Shown one piece after another: positions 10,190-19,875 of a stretch of 64,000 bases of DNA. Numbering within the stretch: position 1 is the stretch's first letter; each line of letters opens with the position of its first letter. The notes beneath the pieces are model-generated. The model was not told the origin of the DNA. It saw nothing but the letters and a program-made list of their open reading frames with translations, and made no database searches. The position numbers and the translations under genes were made by a program. Source of the stretch: Polyangiaceae bacterium (GTDB lineage: Bacteria; Myxococcota_A; Polyangia; Polyangiales; Polyangiaceae); NCBI GenBank assembly GCA_044376115.1, contig JBILLK010000014.1, positions 32,001-96,000 of the forward strand, in the 5' to 3' direction.

Positions 10190-11679
10190 AGGTCATTCCC
10201 GCAGTAAGAGAGGTCGAAGCTCTTGTTGCAGAGGGGAAAATCGGAGACTTCGTCGCCTCTCTGGGCGATGGCCAACCCCATCCAATTCCGAAAAGAAGGG
10301 TCCTGTACCTTGTAGTGAACGAGCTGTCCGTCAGCCCCTGTTTCCAAGCAATGCAGAAGCTCGCCTCGCACGCCCTCCTTGATCGCTACAGCAAGGGACG
10401 CAGGAGAAAGCTTCAAAGGAGGCTGGCTGGAGGCGGCCCCTACCGCGGCCTCCTTCGTGCAGGTCTTTAACACATTGCAAGCAAGCGCCTGGCTGAGCCA
10501 ACCGAGCGAGGCCGTCATTTCGTCGATTCGGATAGTGGCTCGCGCAAAGCAATCTCCGTCCTTGGCCGCTGCGCACTCTAACGAGATCTCACGGTATGGC
10601 CCGTCGGCCAGCCCGAATCTCGCGTCCACTGGAACTCCCGACGCGCGAGCAGCAACGCCCACCACTCCGAGCTCTTGGGCATCACCGGGACTTAGGGCCC
10701 CAACGCCGACGAATCGGTGATGTGCGCTCTGCGTGCTAACGAAGTAGTCATTCAATGTGGACAGGTCTGTGACTACTCCTTTCAACTGCGTGGCAACATC
10801 CTCCAGCGCCAAAAGCCGCGGGCGGCCCCCCAAGCCACCTGGCCTCACGGCGCCTCGACCGAACCGACTGCCGCATAGCCGCATCATGCCGTTAATCACT
10901 ATAGTGCGCAGACGCCCATAACCCGTGGCGGCCTGAAGCAGGCCGATGTCGGCTGCCAACGCCGAAAGAGTAGCCATATGCATGCCCACTCGTTCGAGTT
11001 CGAGCAGGACTGCGCGCATCAATTCATCCCCAGGAGCAACCGCAACGTTGGCCAATGACTCGAGCGCAGCACAGTACGCCCAACTATTTCCTATGCTGGT
11101 ATCTCCGGCGATCGTCTCGACCAGGGGCGCTAGCAGACGCGAATCCCTTTGCAAGAGAAGCGGCTCTACCCCCCGATGTTGGTAGCCCAGCTGGACCTCA
11201 AGGTGAAAGACCTGCTCCCCACGACACTGAAAACGAAATGACCCCGGTTCGATTACGCCCGCATGAATAGGTCCGACGGCTACTTCATGCACCTCTTTAC
11301 CGGCGATTGAGTAGTACGGGTACGTGGCCATATCGGCTCCCCGTGGCGAACGGACGGGCTTGAGCCAGGGGTGATTGTCGATCCGAACTGACGTTTGCTC
11401 GAAAATCTCGCGCTCAAAGCAATGCCAAGCTGGCCAATCCGGCGTCAGGCTCACATAGCCTTTGAGCGGATCGAGGAGCACGCGCGAAGCCGAGATCGAG
11501 CCAGTAGGATCGACGAATACACTGGTCACGAGCACGCCTTGCGTTGACCTTCGACCAAAGGCGATCAGCAGCCGCTGCCCGGCGCTACGCCGCTCTAGAC
11601 AGTCTGCTCGCCACGTAGCGGCGTCCCACGTGGCGATCGAGTCCAGCGCTACACAAGAAACCGCGTGTAGAGGATTCAC
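10186..11679 (-). CDS. Ehr large subunit (NuoC/D, HyfG/HycE-like) without NiFe ligands
   Basis: FEREIFE, VGPIHAGVIEPGSFRF, LGYQHRGVE, DPSFRNW. L1 region reads ETIAGDT and the C-terminus reads KSFDLSYCGNDL, so neither CxxC pair is present. Confidence 0.9.
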   Translation of the reverse strand: MNPLHAVSCVALDSIATWDAATWRADCLERRSAGQRLLIAFGRRSTQGVLVTSVFVDPTGSISASRVLLDPLKGYVSLTPDWPAWHCFEREIFEQTSVRIDNHPWLKPVRSPRGADMATYPYYSIAGKEVHEVAVGPIHAGVIEPGSFRFQCRGEQVFHLEVQLGYQHRGVEPLLLQRDSRLLAPLVETIAGDTSIGNSWAYCAALESLANVAVAPGDELMRAVLLELERVGMHMATLSALAADIGLLQAATGYGRLRTIVINGMMRLCGSRFGRGAVRPGGLGGRPRLLALEDVATQLKGVVTDLSTLNDYFVSTQSAHHRFVGVGALSPGDAQELGVVGVAARASGVPVDARFGLADGPYREISLECAAAKDGDCFARATIRIDEMTASLGWLSQALACNVLKTCTKEAAVGAASSQPPLKLSPASLAVAIKEGVRGELLHCLETGADGQLVHYKVQDPSFRNWMGLAIAQRGDEVSDFPLCNKSFDLSYCGNDL

Positions 11680-13076
11680 TGTTGCCCCAAAGATGCGGCC
11701 ACTTCACGTATGAGCTGATTGACCGATTGCGGGATGTACACACCGAGAACCACCAAAGCCAGAAGGAAGACGACCTTCGGCCAGGCAGAGAGCAAGGTCT
11801 GACGTGGCCAAGCCGCGTGTGCCTGCGGCTCACCCCAGATCATCGGAAAGATGGTTCTGCCTGTTGCAACAAACGTTACGGTAATGAGCACGCAGAACGT
11901 CGCGAACACAAACATGTGGTTCGAGCTGACCAGTGCCGAGAGAATCAGCAGCTCGCCAAAGAAGCTCCCAAAGGGAGGGAACCCAAGCAAGGCGAAGGTT
12001 CCTATCATTAGAAAGAGACCGCTATAAGGCAGATCCTTGAGTAGTCCCGATATCTTCCGCGTGTCCTTCGTTCGGTAGTGGTCTTTGATCTTTCCGCACG
12101 TCAGAAACAAGATCGCTTTGATAAAGGCGTTGCTCAAGACGTAGAGCAGCACCCCGTAAGATGCACCGTCGCCGATCGCCAAGCCGATCGCAATTACCCC
12201 CGCATGATTGATCGAAGCGTAGGCAACCAATCGCTTAACATTTCGAACAGCTACTATATTGAAGGTCGATACCAACATTGACATGACCCCCATCGTCATC
12301 AGCTCTGACGAGACAAGCTGACTACACCCGGGCCTAAACATCTCAACGACACGGAAGATCATCAGCAGCGTCGCATTGAATTGCACGGCCCCTAGCAGCG
12401 CAGTCACCGCAGGGGGAGCCTCATCGTAGGCCTCCGGGAGCCAGGAGTACATAGGAGCCAACCCAAGCTTGGTACCCAAGCCGAGCAACATGAGCGCGAC
12501 GCCCAACTTCTCCCAGCGGTCTGCGCTCCCACTCGCCCGCGACTGCATCTCACTAATGAACAATTCGCCACTAGCGCCATCCGACCTCGCGAGGCAGGTG
12601 AACCCGAGCAGAACCAGACCCAAGCCGACTGAGGAAAAGAGCAGATAGTGGAAAGACGCCTGCCTTGACGCAGGAGAATGAGGTCGAACGATAAGCAACG
12701 TTGCAGCGAGAGCCGTGCACTCCAACGCTATCCACATTACGTAAAGTTTATTGGCAAGGAAGACCACATTGGTCGCGACGAGCAATACAATCGCAAGCGG
12801 AACAAAGCGCTTCATCTCGGCGCCAAGCTCCGGCACCACCTGGAGACGGCTCCAAACGTAAACAGCGATACCGAGAAAGATCGGGTTTACGAAGGCGAGG
12901 AAGAGGCGGGAGCTAGCGTCAACGCATAGATAGCCGTTGAGCAGCGGCGCGACGGACGGGCGGGCGGCCGCATAAACTGACAGCGCGGAAGCCAGCAGCC
13001 CGCAGGCTACAAGCACAAGCGCAGCAGCAGAGCCTCGCTGAGGCCGGGCAAGCAGCTCCGGCTGCATTGCGGTCAT
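11676..13076 (-). CDS. hyfF: Hydrogenase-4 component F-like proton-conducting antiporter subunit
   Basis: Multi-TM, WIALE, GTKLGLAPMYSWLPEAY, KRLVAYASINH, GFPPFGSFFGE. ATGA overlap with the hyfE stop. Confidence 0.88.
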   Translation of the reverse strand: MTAMQPELLARPQRGSAAALVLVACGLLASALSVYAAARPSVAPLLNGYLCVDASSRLFLAFVNPIFLGIAVYVWSRLQVVPELGAEMKRFVPLAIVLLVATNVVFLANKLYVMWIALECTALAATLLIVRPHSPASRQASFHYLLFSSVGLGLVLLGFTCLARSDGASGELFISEMQSRASGSADRWEKLGVALMLLGLGTKLGLAPMYSWLPEAYDEAPPAVTALLGAVQFNATLLMIFRVVEMFRPGCSQLVSSELMTMGVMSMLVSTFNIVAVRNVKRLVAYASINHAGVIAIGLAIGDGASYGVLLYVLSNAFIKAILFLTCGKIKDHYRTKDTRKISGLLKDLPYSGLFLMIGTFALLGFPPFGSFFGELLILSALVSSNHMFVFATFCVLITVTFVATGRTIFPMIWGEPQAHAAWPRQTLLSAWPKVVFLLALVVLGVYIPQSVNQLIREVAASLGQQ

Positions 13077-13589
13077 AGGCCTCGACCCTTGGACTCGGCG
13101 AGTCCTCGTTCCGACAGCGGGGTCGTTGCTGGAATTCCAGCGAGGTAGTTTCGAAAGAGCAGTACCGTCCCCAGGAACGCAAGCTCCAATGCCAGCTTGA
13201 TACCCCAAGGCAACCGATGTCCCTCGATACCAAGCTCCATCAATGCAATACCGTTCTCGATGCGCAGGGCGCCTATGACTTGCGCAAACGGCCCTGACTG
13301 GTTCGCCAGCACCAGGAACCCCAGAAGCACCGCGGAGGCGGCAACCGCAACGAGCGTCCGTTGGTCACCCGGCGCGGGCACCATGACCTCGGAGAAGCTG
13401 AAGGAACTGAGCACAATCGCCAAGGCGAGTGTCCAACCAATCCGCAGCGGTCTCGGGAGAGTGGAGCCGGGACGCGAGCAGACTCATCAGTAGGCCTTGG
13501 CAGGACAGCCCGAGGAGGCTCGTCCGCCACGTCGCGACGAACAGGGGAAGCACCAATACGCCCAAGAGTGCAACTAGTAGTGGGCTCAC
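13073..13589 (-). pseudogene. hyfE: Hydrogenase-4 component E-like membrane subunit, frameshifted with probable internal deletion
   Basis: GTG 13589 overlaps the hyfC stop. Reads VSPLLVALL...AADW in one frame, then WTLALAIV...ALRIENGIALMELG in another. Junction at about 13436. Confidence 0.75.
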
Positions 13590-14500
13590 GGTTGCACCAT
13601 CGGCCGCCAAGCAGTGGCTAACAAACCTACGGCCGACATCGCCAGCGCTATCGCTATATAGCTTGGTATTGCCCGCATTTTTAGGCGGCCCACCAAGGAT
13701 TCTACCGTACCGAACAGCACGGCGATAAGCAGGCAAACCCCTAATTGCGCAAGGGCAGCGATACCAGTCGATGTACCGCCAAGCGGATTGAGGAGACTAG
13801 CCACGAGCGAGGTGGTCACCATTAGCTTCAGGGCGAGCCCCCACTGAATAGCAGCCAAATCGGGGCCACAATGATCGAGCACCATCACCTCGTGGACCAT
13901 GGTCAGCTCCAGATGTGTAGCGGAGTCCCCAACCGGGATTCGCCCCGTCTCTACCTGCGTGATGAGCAACAACGCGCATACACTCAGTGCCCACACCACT
14001 GGGGAGACGCTGCTCCCAGCGCCATGCACGGCCTCCCCTAACGAGTGCGCCCCAGAACCAAGGCAGAGCGCGCCGAAAACACAGAAGAGAGCTGGTTCGA
14101 GCAAGGCCGAAAACGTTGCCTCACGTGCAGCGCCCATACCTTGGAACGAGCTACCAGTATCCAGCGCAGCGAGGATCAACGCCCCTCGACCAAGCGCCCA
14201 TACGTAGGCAAGCCATACGAAGTCGTAGCGGAAGCTAACCAACGAGTCACCGCCCCAAAGTGGAACCAACGGGACGACGGCGAGACTCGTTGCCAAGAAT
14301 ACCCAGGGGCCGAGTCTGAAGACGTGTGTGACGCCATCACCGCTTAGACTCTGCTTACGCAACAATCGAATAACGTCAAAGAGCAGCTGAAACAGCGGGG
14401 GCCCCTTGCGACCCGACCACAACGCTTTCGTCCGCTGGATTGTGCCGTGGAGAAAAAATGGAAGCACCCCTAGCGCGAAGCTCAACTTGATTATCAGCAT
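13586..14500 (-). CDS. hyfC: Hydrogenase-4 component C (NuoH-like) membrane subunit
   Basis: GRKGPPLFQ, ALDTGSSFQGMGAARE, ETGRIP, THLELTMVHEVMVLD. Start is ATG 14500 or GTG 14503. Confidence 0.9.
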   Translation of the reverse strand: MLIIKLSFALGVLPFFLHGTIQRTKALWSGRKGPPLFQLLFDVIRLLRKQSLSGDGVTHVFRLGPWVFLATSLAVVPLVPLWGGDSLVSFRYDFVWLAYVWALGRGALILAALDTGSSFQGMGAAREATFSALLEPALFCVFGALCLGSGAHSLGEAVHGAGSSVSPVVWALSVCALLLITQVETGRIPVGDSATHLELTMVHEVMVLDHCGPDLAAIQWGLALKLMVTTSLVASLLNPLGGTSTGIAALAQLGVCLLIAVLFGTVESLVGRLKMRAIPSYIAIALAMSAVGLLATAWRPMVQP

Positions 14501-16482
14501 CACCATGACGCCCCTGTACCGAGCGCAAGCGCGCCAATCAGCGCCAAGGCGATGAGCCCAGCGGCAAAGGCAAACTTTGGCTGTTCGGAGATCCGACCAG
14601 CGGTTTGGCCCGCGAGCTTCTCGCCTTGAAGGACAACCTCAAAGACGCGCTGCTCCACAGCATCCGGGACACGCGTCGCGAGATGGCCGGGCTGCGTGGG
14701 AAAGAACTCGACCGGAAGGCTAGCGCTTCTTTCGCTAGGAATGAACGAGTCGAAGACTCGGCCAAGTTGCTCGGAGAAGGAGCTACCGGTGTATTGCATT
14801 CGAGAGTTGAGTTCGGTGTACCCGCAAGCCCACACGGCCGATTTCTTTTGGCTCTGGGCTTGCCAAGCCCGACCTACCATCGCCAAGAACAGCAGCACGG
14901 CTAGACCGCGACTTGCCCAAAGCATTCCAGTGAGAGGCTCGAGTACCTGGGGCGGCGCAGTGGAGAACGGCAATCGGGATAAGACGCCTCCCAAGAGTCG
15001 CAGACCTAACTCTGGAACAAGCCCGAACAGCAAGACGCCGAGCGCCTGAAGTACGAGCGCTAGCATCATTGTTCGAGGAGGGTCTTGTGCGTCTCTCGAG
15101 GTTGTCTCGCGGGGACTCCCCAGAAACACGATGCCAAAGGCTCGCACCATGCTCAGCAAGCTCACTGCGCCGACAAAAGCCAGCACTGAGGCGCAGGCCG
15201 CCAACCCAACGTTCGAGGAAGGAGACGGGGCGTTGCCCGAAAGCAACGCACCATAGATTACGAACTCACCCACGAAGCCGTTTAGTGGCGGCAGTGCACA
15301 GCTGGCCATCGCTCCAAACAGGAACAACATCGCCGTGCGCGGCATTTTCTTGCTCAAGCCACCTAGCCGCTCGAGGTCTACCGTGCCCATCGCACGATGA
15401 ACCGCGCCAGCCGCAAAAAAGAGCAAGCACTTGAAGATTGCGTGATTGAGGATGTGCAAGAGCCCACCGGTGAAGCCGGCGAAACACAGCGCGGGTTCGT
15501 CCCACGTCCAGCCCAAGAGGCCCACGCCAATACCTATTGCGGCAATACCGACGTTCTCTGTGGATGAGTAGCCGAGCAGTCGCTTGAGGTCCCGTTGGGT
15601 TGTTGAGTAAAGCACTCCAAAAAAGGCGGATACCATGCCAAAAGTGAGGACACTCCAGCCCATCCATTCGTCCGGCTTCCCCATCAAGAAGACGAACCTG
15701 AGTAGCCCGAACAGCCCGGCCTTGTGAATGACTCCGGACATCAGCGCTGAGACATGTGCTGGAGCAGCGGCGTGCGCTCTCGGCAGCCAGAAGTGGAATG
15801 GGAAGAACGCTGACTTGATTGCAAAGGAGGTTCCTAGCAACAGGAACAGCGTTCCCCTCGCCGGAGTGGGCTGACGTAAGAACTCCCCGAAGTCTCTGAA
15901 GTCCATCGAGTTGGTCTTGCTGTGGAGCAGCATGAAGGCAGCTACGAGCACGAAGAGGCCTACGTGAGTCGACACCAGATAGCTAAACCCAGCAAAGCGG
16001 GTCCTCTGATTCTGATAGTCCCAGATAACCAAAAGCCAGGCGGAGACTGCGGCGATCTCCCAGCCAAGCAAAAAGACCAAGGCATTTTGGGCGGTGTAAA
16101 CCAACACAAACGCGACCATGGTCGTATTGAGCAAGGCATAGTGTGGGCCGCCGCGCCGCCCTTTTAGAATTGCTCTTTGGAGATAGCCTGACGCGTATAG
16201 CGTCCCAAGAAAGGTCAAGGGCAGGGACCACGCGAGGAAGAAGGAACCGAGTGCGTCCAAGCGGAATACAATGCTATCGATTGGCGAGGACCAAGCCCAA
16301 GTTGCCTCTATTGGGGTGCCGCCGCCAAGAGTGCTCGCAATGCCGATCAACACGCACAGCACGCCCACGAATTGAGACACGAGAGTTGCCATCAGCACCG
16401 CGGCGTTGGAACGCAGCGCTAACGACAGCCCCGCCCCCACTAACAACACGGGGATACTCGCGAGGACCAGCGCTAACATCAT
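14500..16482 (-). CDS. hyfB: Hydrogenase-4 component B-like proton-conducting antiporter subunit
   Basis: FLLGWE, KSAFFPFHFWLPRAHAAAP, DLKRLLGYSSTEN, HAIFKCLLF, WACGY...MQYT. Confidence 0.9.
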   Translation of the reverse strand: MMLALVLASIPVLLVGAGLSLALRSNAAVLMATLVSQFVGVLCVLIGIASTLGGGTPIEATWAWSSPIDSIVFRLDALGSFFLAWSLPLTFLGTLYASGYLQRAILKGRRGGPHYALLNTTMVAFVLVYTAQNALVFLLGWEIAAVSAWLLVIWDYQNQRTRFAGFSYLVSTHVGLFVLVAAFMLLHSKTNSMDFRDFGEFLRQPTPARGTLFLLLGTSFAIKSAFFPFHFWLPRAHAAAPAHVSALMSGVIHKAGLFGLLRFVFLMGKPDEWMGWSVLTFGMVSAFFGVLYSTTQRDLKRLLGYSSTENVGIAAIGIGVGLLGWTWDEPALCFAGFTGGLLHILNHAIFKCLLFFAAGAVHRAMGTVDLERLGGLSKKMPRTAMLFLFGAMASCALPPLNGFVGEFVIYGALLSGNAPSPSSNVGLAACASVLAFVGAVSLLSMVRAFGIVFLGSPRETTSRDAQDPPRTMMLALVLQALGVLLFGLVPELGLRLLGGVLSRLPFSTAPPQVLEPLTGMLWASRGLAVLLFLAMVGRAWQAQSQKKSAVWACGYTELNSRMQYTGSSFSEQLGRVFDSFIPSERSASLPVEFFPTQPGHLATRVPDAVEQRVFEVVLQGEKLAGQTAGRISEQPKFAFAAGLIALALIGALALGTGASW

Positions 16483-16510
16483 GGCCCCGCGTTCAGCGAG
16501 TATCCGTTGC

Positions 16511-16897
16511 TCATGGCAACCGCCTCCAGTGGTGCCGCAGCGCATCTAGGATGGCCCAACCGAATACGGGTTTGGAAATGATAACGGGGGCAATAGCGTC
16601 GCCAACTGACGCGAGAGCGGGCGCCAAGCGCTGATGAGCATTGGTAACGACAACGAGCAACAGGCCCGTTCGCGCAGCCCGAACGCCGTCAATCCAGCGA
16701 ACTACTCGTTCTGGGGCAAACTCGTCTGGAAAGAGGACAACCGCTGAGACGGCGACCCCCAGCTCCTCCACCGCGCCAAGCTCGGTGGTCGCGCGACACG
16801 AGACACCTACCGTTGCTAGGTATTCCTGTAAGCCCCCGGTGGTCTGCTTGCTTTCGGCGACGACCACGACTGGGCCCTTGGCTATGCCAGTGCGCAT
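16511..16897 (-). CDS. Stand-alone receiver (CheY)-like protein, atypical
   Basis: Beta/alpha pattern VVVVAES...AVVLFPD...LLVVVT...IISKP. Canonical acidic pocket is not obvious. First gene of the ehr operon. Confidence 0.55.
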   Translation of the reverse strand: MRTGIAKGPVVVVAESKQTTGGLQEYLATVGVSCRATTELGAVEELGVAVSAVVLFPDEFAPERVVRWIDGVRAARTGLLLVVVTNAHQRLAPALASVGDAIAPVIISKPVFGWAILDALRHHWRRLP

Positions 16898-16908
16898 ATC
16901 GGGCAAGT

Positions 16909-16998
16909 AGCAATCGTCAGACCCGACCCTTTTTACCGCGGGCTGACGCGGATGGCGTGAGACGCGCGAGCATATTCCGCACAAACGACAAAATGTCG
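16909..16998 (-). promoter_or_regulatory. Candidate sigma54 promoter and palindromic upstream activator site
   Basis: Minus strand GG-TCTGACGATT-GC-T at 16923-16909, with a weak -24 match. Perfect CGACA-aaa-TGTCG at 16986-16998. Confidence 0.35.
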
Positions 16999-17139
16999 CA
17001 CCGATTCGGCATGCTTAGAGCGAGATGCGCCATGTACTACAGCATCTTCGGCCCTGCTGCTGAACTTCCGCCACTCGAGACAGGCGCAAAGGCAGTCGAG
17101 TGGCGACACAGGGAAGGTCGTCGTCGACGGGTATGCCGG

Positions 17140-19617
17140 TCAGTAGAGCGGTCCGCTGCCTCCAGCGGAGCCCGTTCCACCACCTGTGCCACCCGCGCCA
17201 GGGAGACCAAACGACAGCGTGTTATTCGTGAGAACACCGGTCGTCGACAATCGGAATACCGCGTAGCTAGGACCACCGGCGCCGCCTCCGCCCGCGCCGC
17301 CATTACCGGCTTTACCGCCGTTACCGCCCTTACCGCCTTGGCCAATCTGCGTTGTACAGTTATTGCCCCCCAGCGCTCCAGTGCCGCCGGCTCCGCCGAT
17401 TCCGCCTACTCCGCCGTTGCCACCGTTTCCGCCATTGCCCGCCTCGATAACGTTGTTGATTAGGGTTACGGTCGTGCCGCTGGCCAGCAGAAACACCCCG
17501 AACGAGCCACCGCCGCCAGCGCCGCCGGCGCCGCCCGTGCCTCTACATCCGCCAGCGCCACCGCCACCGCCGCCATTCCCCTGAGCGTCATTGCACGAGG
17601 CGCAGCTCTGGGCACCGCCACCGCCGCCGCCTCCACCGCCGTTGCCATGAACGCCAAGTCCACCGGCCGCTCCAACTGAAGAGGCCCAGAAGCCCCCGAC
17701 GACACTCCCGCTCGACCCGCCGGTGCCACCCGACCCGTTGGCTCCTGCGCCACCGTTGGTGCCATTCTGACCAGTTCCACCAGGGTTTCCCCACATACCG
17801 CCAGTGCCGCCCAAGACGCCGGAGACGCCGGAGAGGCCGGTTGATCCGTTGTTCTGACCGTCTGCGCCGCCTTTGCCCCCCACACCGCCGGTCCGACCGC
17901 AGGTTGAGATCCCGCCCGCGCCGCCCGGGCCTCCAGGCCCATCGTCATCGCAGGTCGTCTCGCTGCCTACGACCCCATCGCCGCCATCGTCCCCTGCGGT
18001 GCCTGCAGTACCGGCAGCGCCTGGCCCTGCACTGCCGGCAGAGATCGTATTGTTCTTCAGCACCAGGCCGTCACAATTGTTACAGTAAACAGCATAGTTA
18101 TTGGTACCCGCGACGGAGGTATCTAGCGTCCGGATATTAAAGTAGTCCACCGTCGTAGTGGACAAGATATTGCTCCCATCCAACGCGGTCACTCGACCTC
18201 CAGTAACCGTTGATGAGCGCAACTCTGCGGTATAGAGAGCGCTTCGCTGCCAGCCGTTGGAGGATGAGTAGCCGCCGTGAAGCGAAACCCCAGCCGCTAG
18301 CACGACGCGTGCGTTGTAGACGCCATCGGAGACCAGGACTCTCGACTTTCCCTGAGCCTGAGCCAACGAGATTCCCGTGACCACGCTCGCTACCGGGTCC
18401 AAGATCGTACCTTGATTTAGATTGTTTCCATCGACGCTCACGAAGATGGCGTCCCCAATATCTCCATCGATTCCGTCGCAGTTCGCGTCGACGAAGGCAT
18501 CATCCGGCTCGTCGGTTGCGCTGGTCACCGTACATGCATATTCACATCCGTTCGTGGAGGAGCCGTCGAGGTCGACGAACCCGGGTAGGCAAGCAACGAA
18601 CGTGCAGCCACCGCCGACACAACTGGTTTCGGCGTTAGGGATGACGGCGGCGCAATCGTTGCCGCAGGAGCCGCAAGCAGCAGGGTCAGCCATGAGGTCG
18701 ACTTCACAGCCATCCGAAGACAGACCGTTACAGTCGTCGTGATCATTCAAGCACTGCCCGATAACGCAGACGTCTCCGGCGCAACTGGCCGAGGTATTGG
18801 GCGTACTGCAGGCAATGCCACAGCCGCCACAGTTTAGCGCATTGTTGAAGACGTTGGTCTCACAGCCGTTGGCTGCGTTTTCATCACAATCCCGGAATAG
18901 CTCGTCACAGGCCTCTATGACGCATTCGCCCTGTACACACTCGCCTGAGCCAAAGGCTGGGCTACAGGGTTTGTTGCATGCTCCGCAGTGTTTATTCGAG
19001 CTGCTGAGGTCCGTCTCGCAACCGTTCGTAAGGTCTGCGTCGCACGCGCCAAAGTTGGTGGGGCAGTTGGACACGCTTCCGACCATCGGCACCACCGTGT
19101 CTGCAACCGTGACGCCTGCGACATCGTGAACCACCACCACGTTCTCGGCGGGGAGCGTGCTCGTTGCTTCCGTGGCGGCAAAGCTCACCTCAAACCAAAG
19201 GGACTCGCCTGAAGCCCTGGTGAAGGGCAGCGACTCTTCAACACGCAACAAGGTCTCTGGCGCGCCCGGATCCGGCTCGAAGCGAAGCACCCTTACCTCG
19301 AACTCCGGAGCGTCCACGCTTGCCTGGCGGAAGACCACATCCGCGTTCGTCTCGTTGTCGATACGAAAGAGCCTCTTTTCCAGCTCTCCGGCTGGTACTT
19401 GGCCAAAGTCGAGTTCAGCCTGCGACTTGCAGTCCGCCTCGGGAACTTGCTCCTCCAAGACGCACAGGCGAACGCCCTCGGGATCAACCTCGCTACCTCC
19501 GCTGCCGCCTCCACCCTCCGAAGGTGACTCTCCTGCTGCACAGCCAGAGCTAAGCAGCGACAAAAGACTTCCAGCAAGGGTCGTAAGCGCAGACGAGCGA
19601 ACGCTAAGAAGACGCAT
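17140..19617 (-). CDS. Large Cys-rich/Gly-rich surface lipoprotein
   Basis: Lipobox LSSGC, Ig-like segment (LDFGQV...FRIDN), four DCD-x4-NGCE-type repeats, DANCDGIDG motif, beta-helix-like region and Gly-rich C-terminus. Confidence 0.8.
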   Translation of the reverse strand: MRLLSVRSSALTTLAGSLLSLLSSGCAAGESPSEGGGGSGGSEVDPEGVRLCVLEEQVPEADCKSQAELDFGQVPAGELEKRLFRIDNETNADVVFRQASVDAPEFEVRVLRFEPDPGAPETLLRVEESLPFTRASGESLWFEVSFAATEATSTLPAENVVVVHDVAGVTVADTVVPMVGSVSNCPTNFGACDADLTNGCETDLSSSNKHCGACNKPCSPAFGSGECVQGECVIEACDELFRDCDENAANGCETNVFNNALNCGGCGIACSTPNTSASCAGDVCVIGQCLNDHDDCNGLSSDGCEVDLMADPAACGSCGNDCAAVIPNAETSCVGGGCTFVACLPGFVDLDGSSTNGCEYACTVTSATDEPDDAFVDANCDGIDGDIGDAIFVSVDGNNLNQGTILDPVASVVTGISLAQAQGKSRVLVSDGVYNARVVLAAGVSLHGGYSSSNGWQRSALYTAELRSSTVTGGRVTALDGSNILSTTTVDYFNIRTLDTSVAGTNNYAVYCNNCDGLVLKNNTISAGSAGPGAAGTAGTAGDDGGDGVVGSETTCDDDGPGGPGGAGGISTCGRTGGVGGKGGADGQNNGSTGLSGVSGVLGGTGGMWGNPGGTGQNGTNGGAGANGSGGTGGSSGSVVGGFWASSVGAAGGLGVHGNGGGGGGGGGAQSCASCNDAQGNGGGGGGAGGCRGTGGAGGAGGGGSFGVFLLASGTTVTLINNVIEAGNGGNGGNGGVGGIGGAGGTGALGGNNCTTQIGQGGKGGNGGKAGNGGAGGGGAGGPSYAVFRLSTTGVLTNNTLSFGLPGAGGTGGGTGSAGGSGPLY

Positions 19618-19875
19618 CTTCCTAGTGAACCAGAGCCGAGCGCCCTTGTCGAACGTGCGGCATCATTGCAGCACCCGCTCCGACTGGATCAGAGCTACCC
19701 CACTGGATCGCTGGCCTCGAGAACGGCCGAGACAGGCGCGCCTTCGCAATGTCCAAAGCTCCAACAGCTTGAGCATCGGGGCACCGCTTTTCGCAAAGAA
19801 GCACAAAGCTTCGGTTTGGGATTCAGCAGAGCAAAGGGCCCAAGACTGCGGCATGGACGTGCTCCAGCTCAGCCG

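Noticed and set aside
10186..11679. True [NiFe]-hydrogenase large subunit
   Set aside because: Both CxxC motifs are absent.
17140..18030. PE_PGRS or collagen call for the Gly-rich region
   Set aside because: Only low-complexity similarity; no PE domain and no sustained Gly-X-Y triplets.
19779..19796. Sigma54 promoter upstream of vgrG (GGCACCGCTTTTCGC)
   Set aside because: Spacing is GG-N11-GC, one base off the strict requirement.
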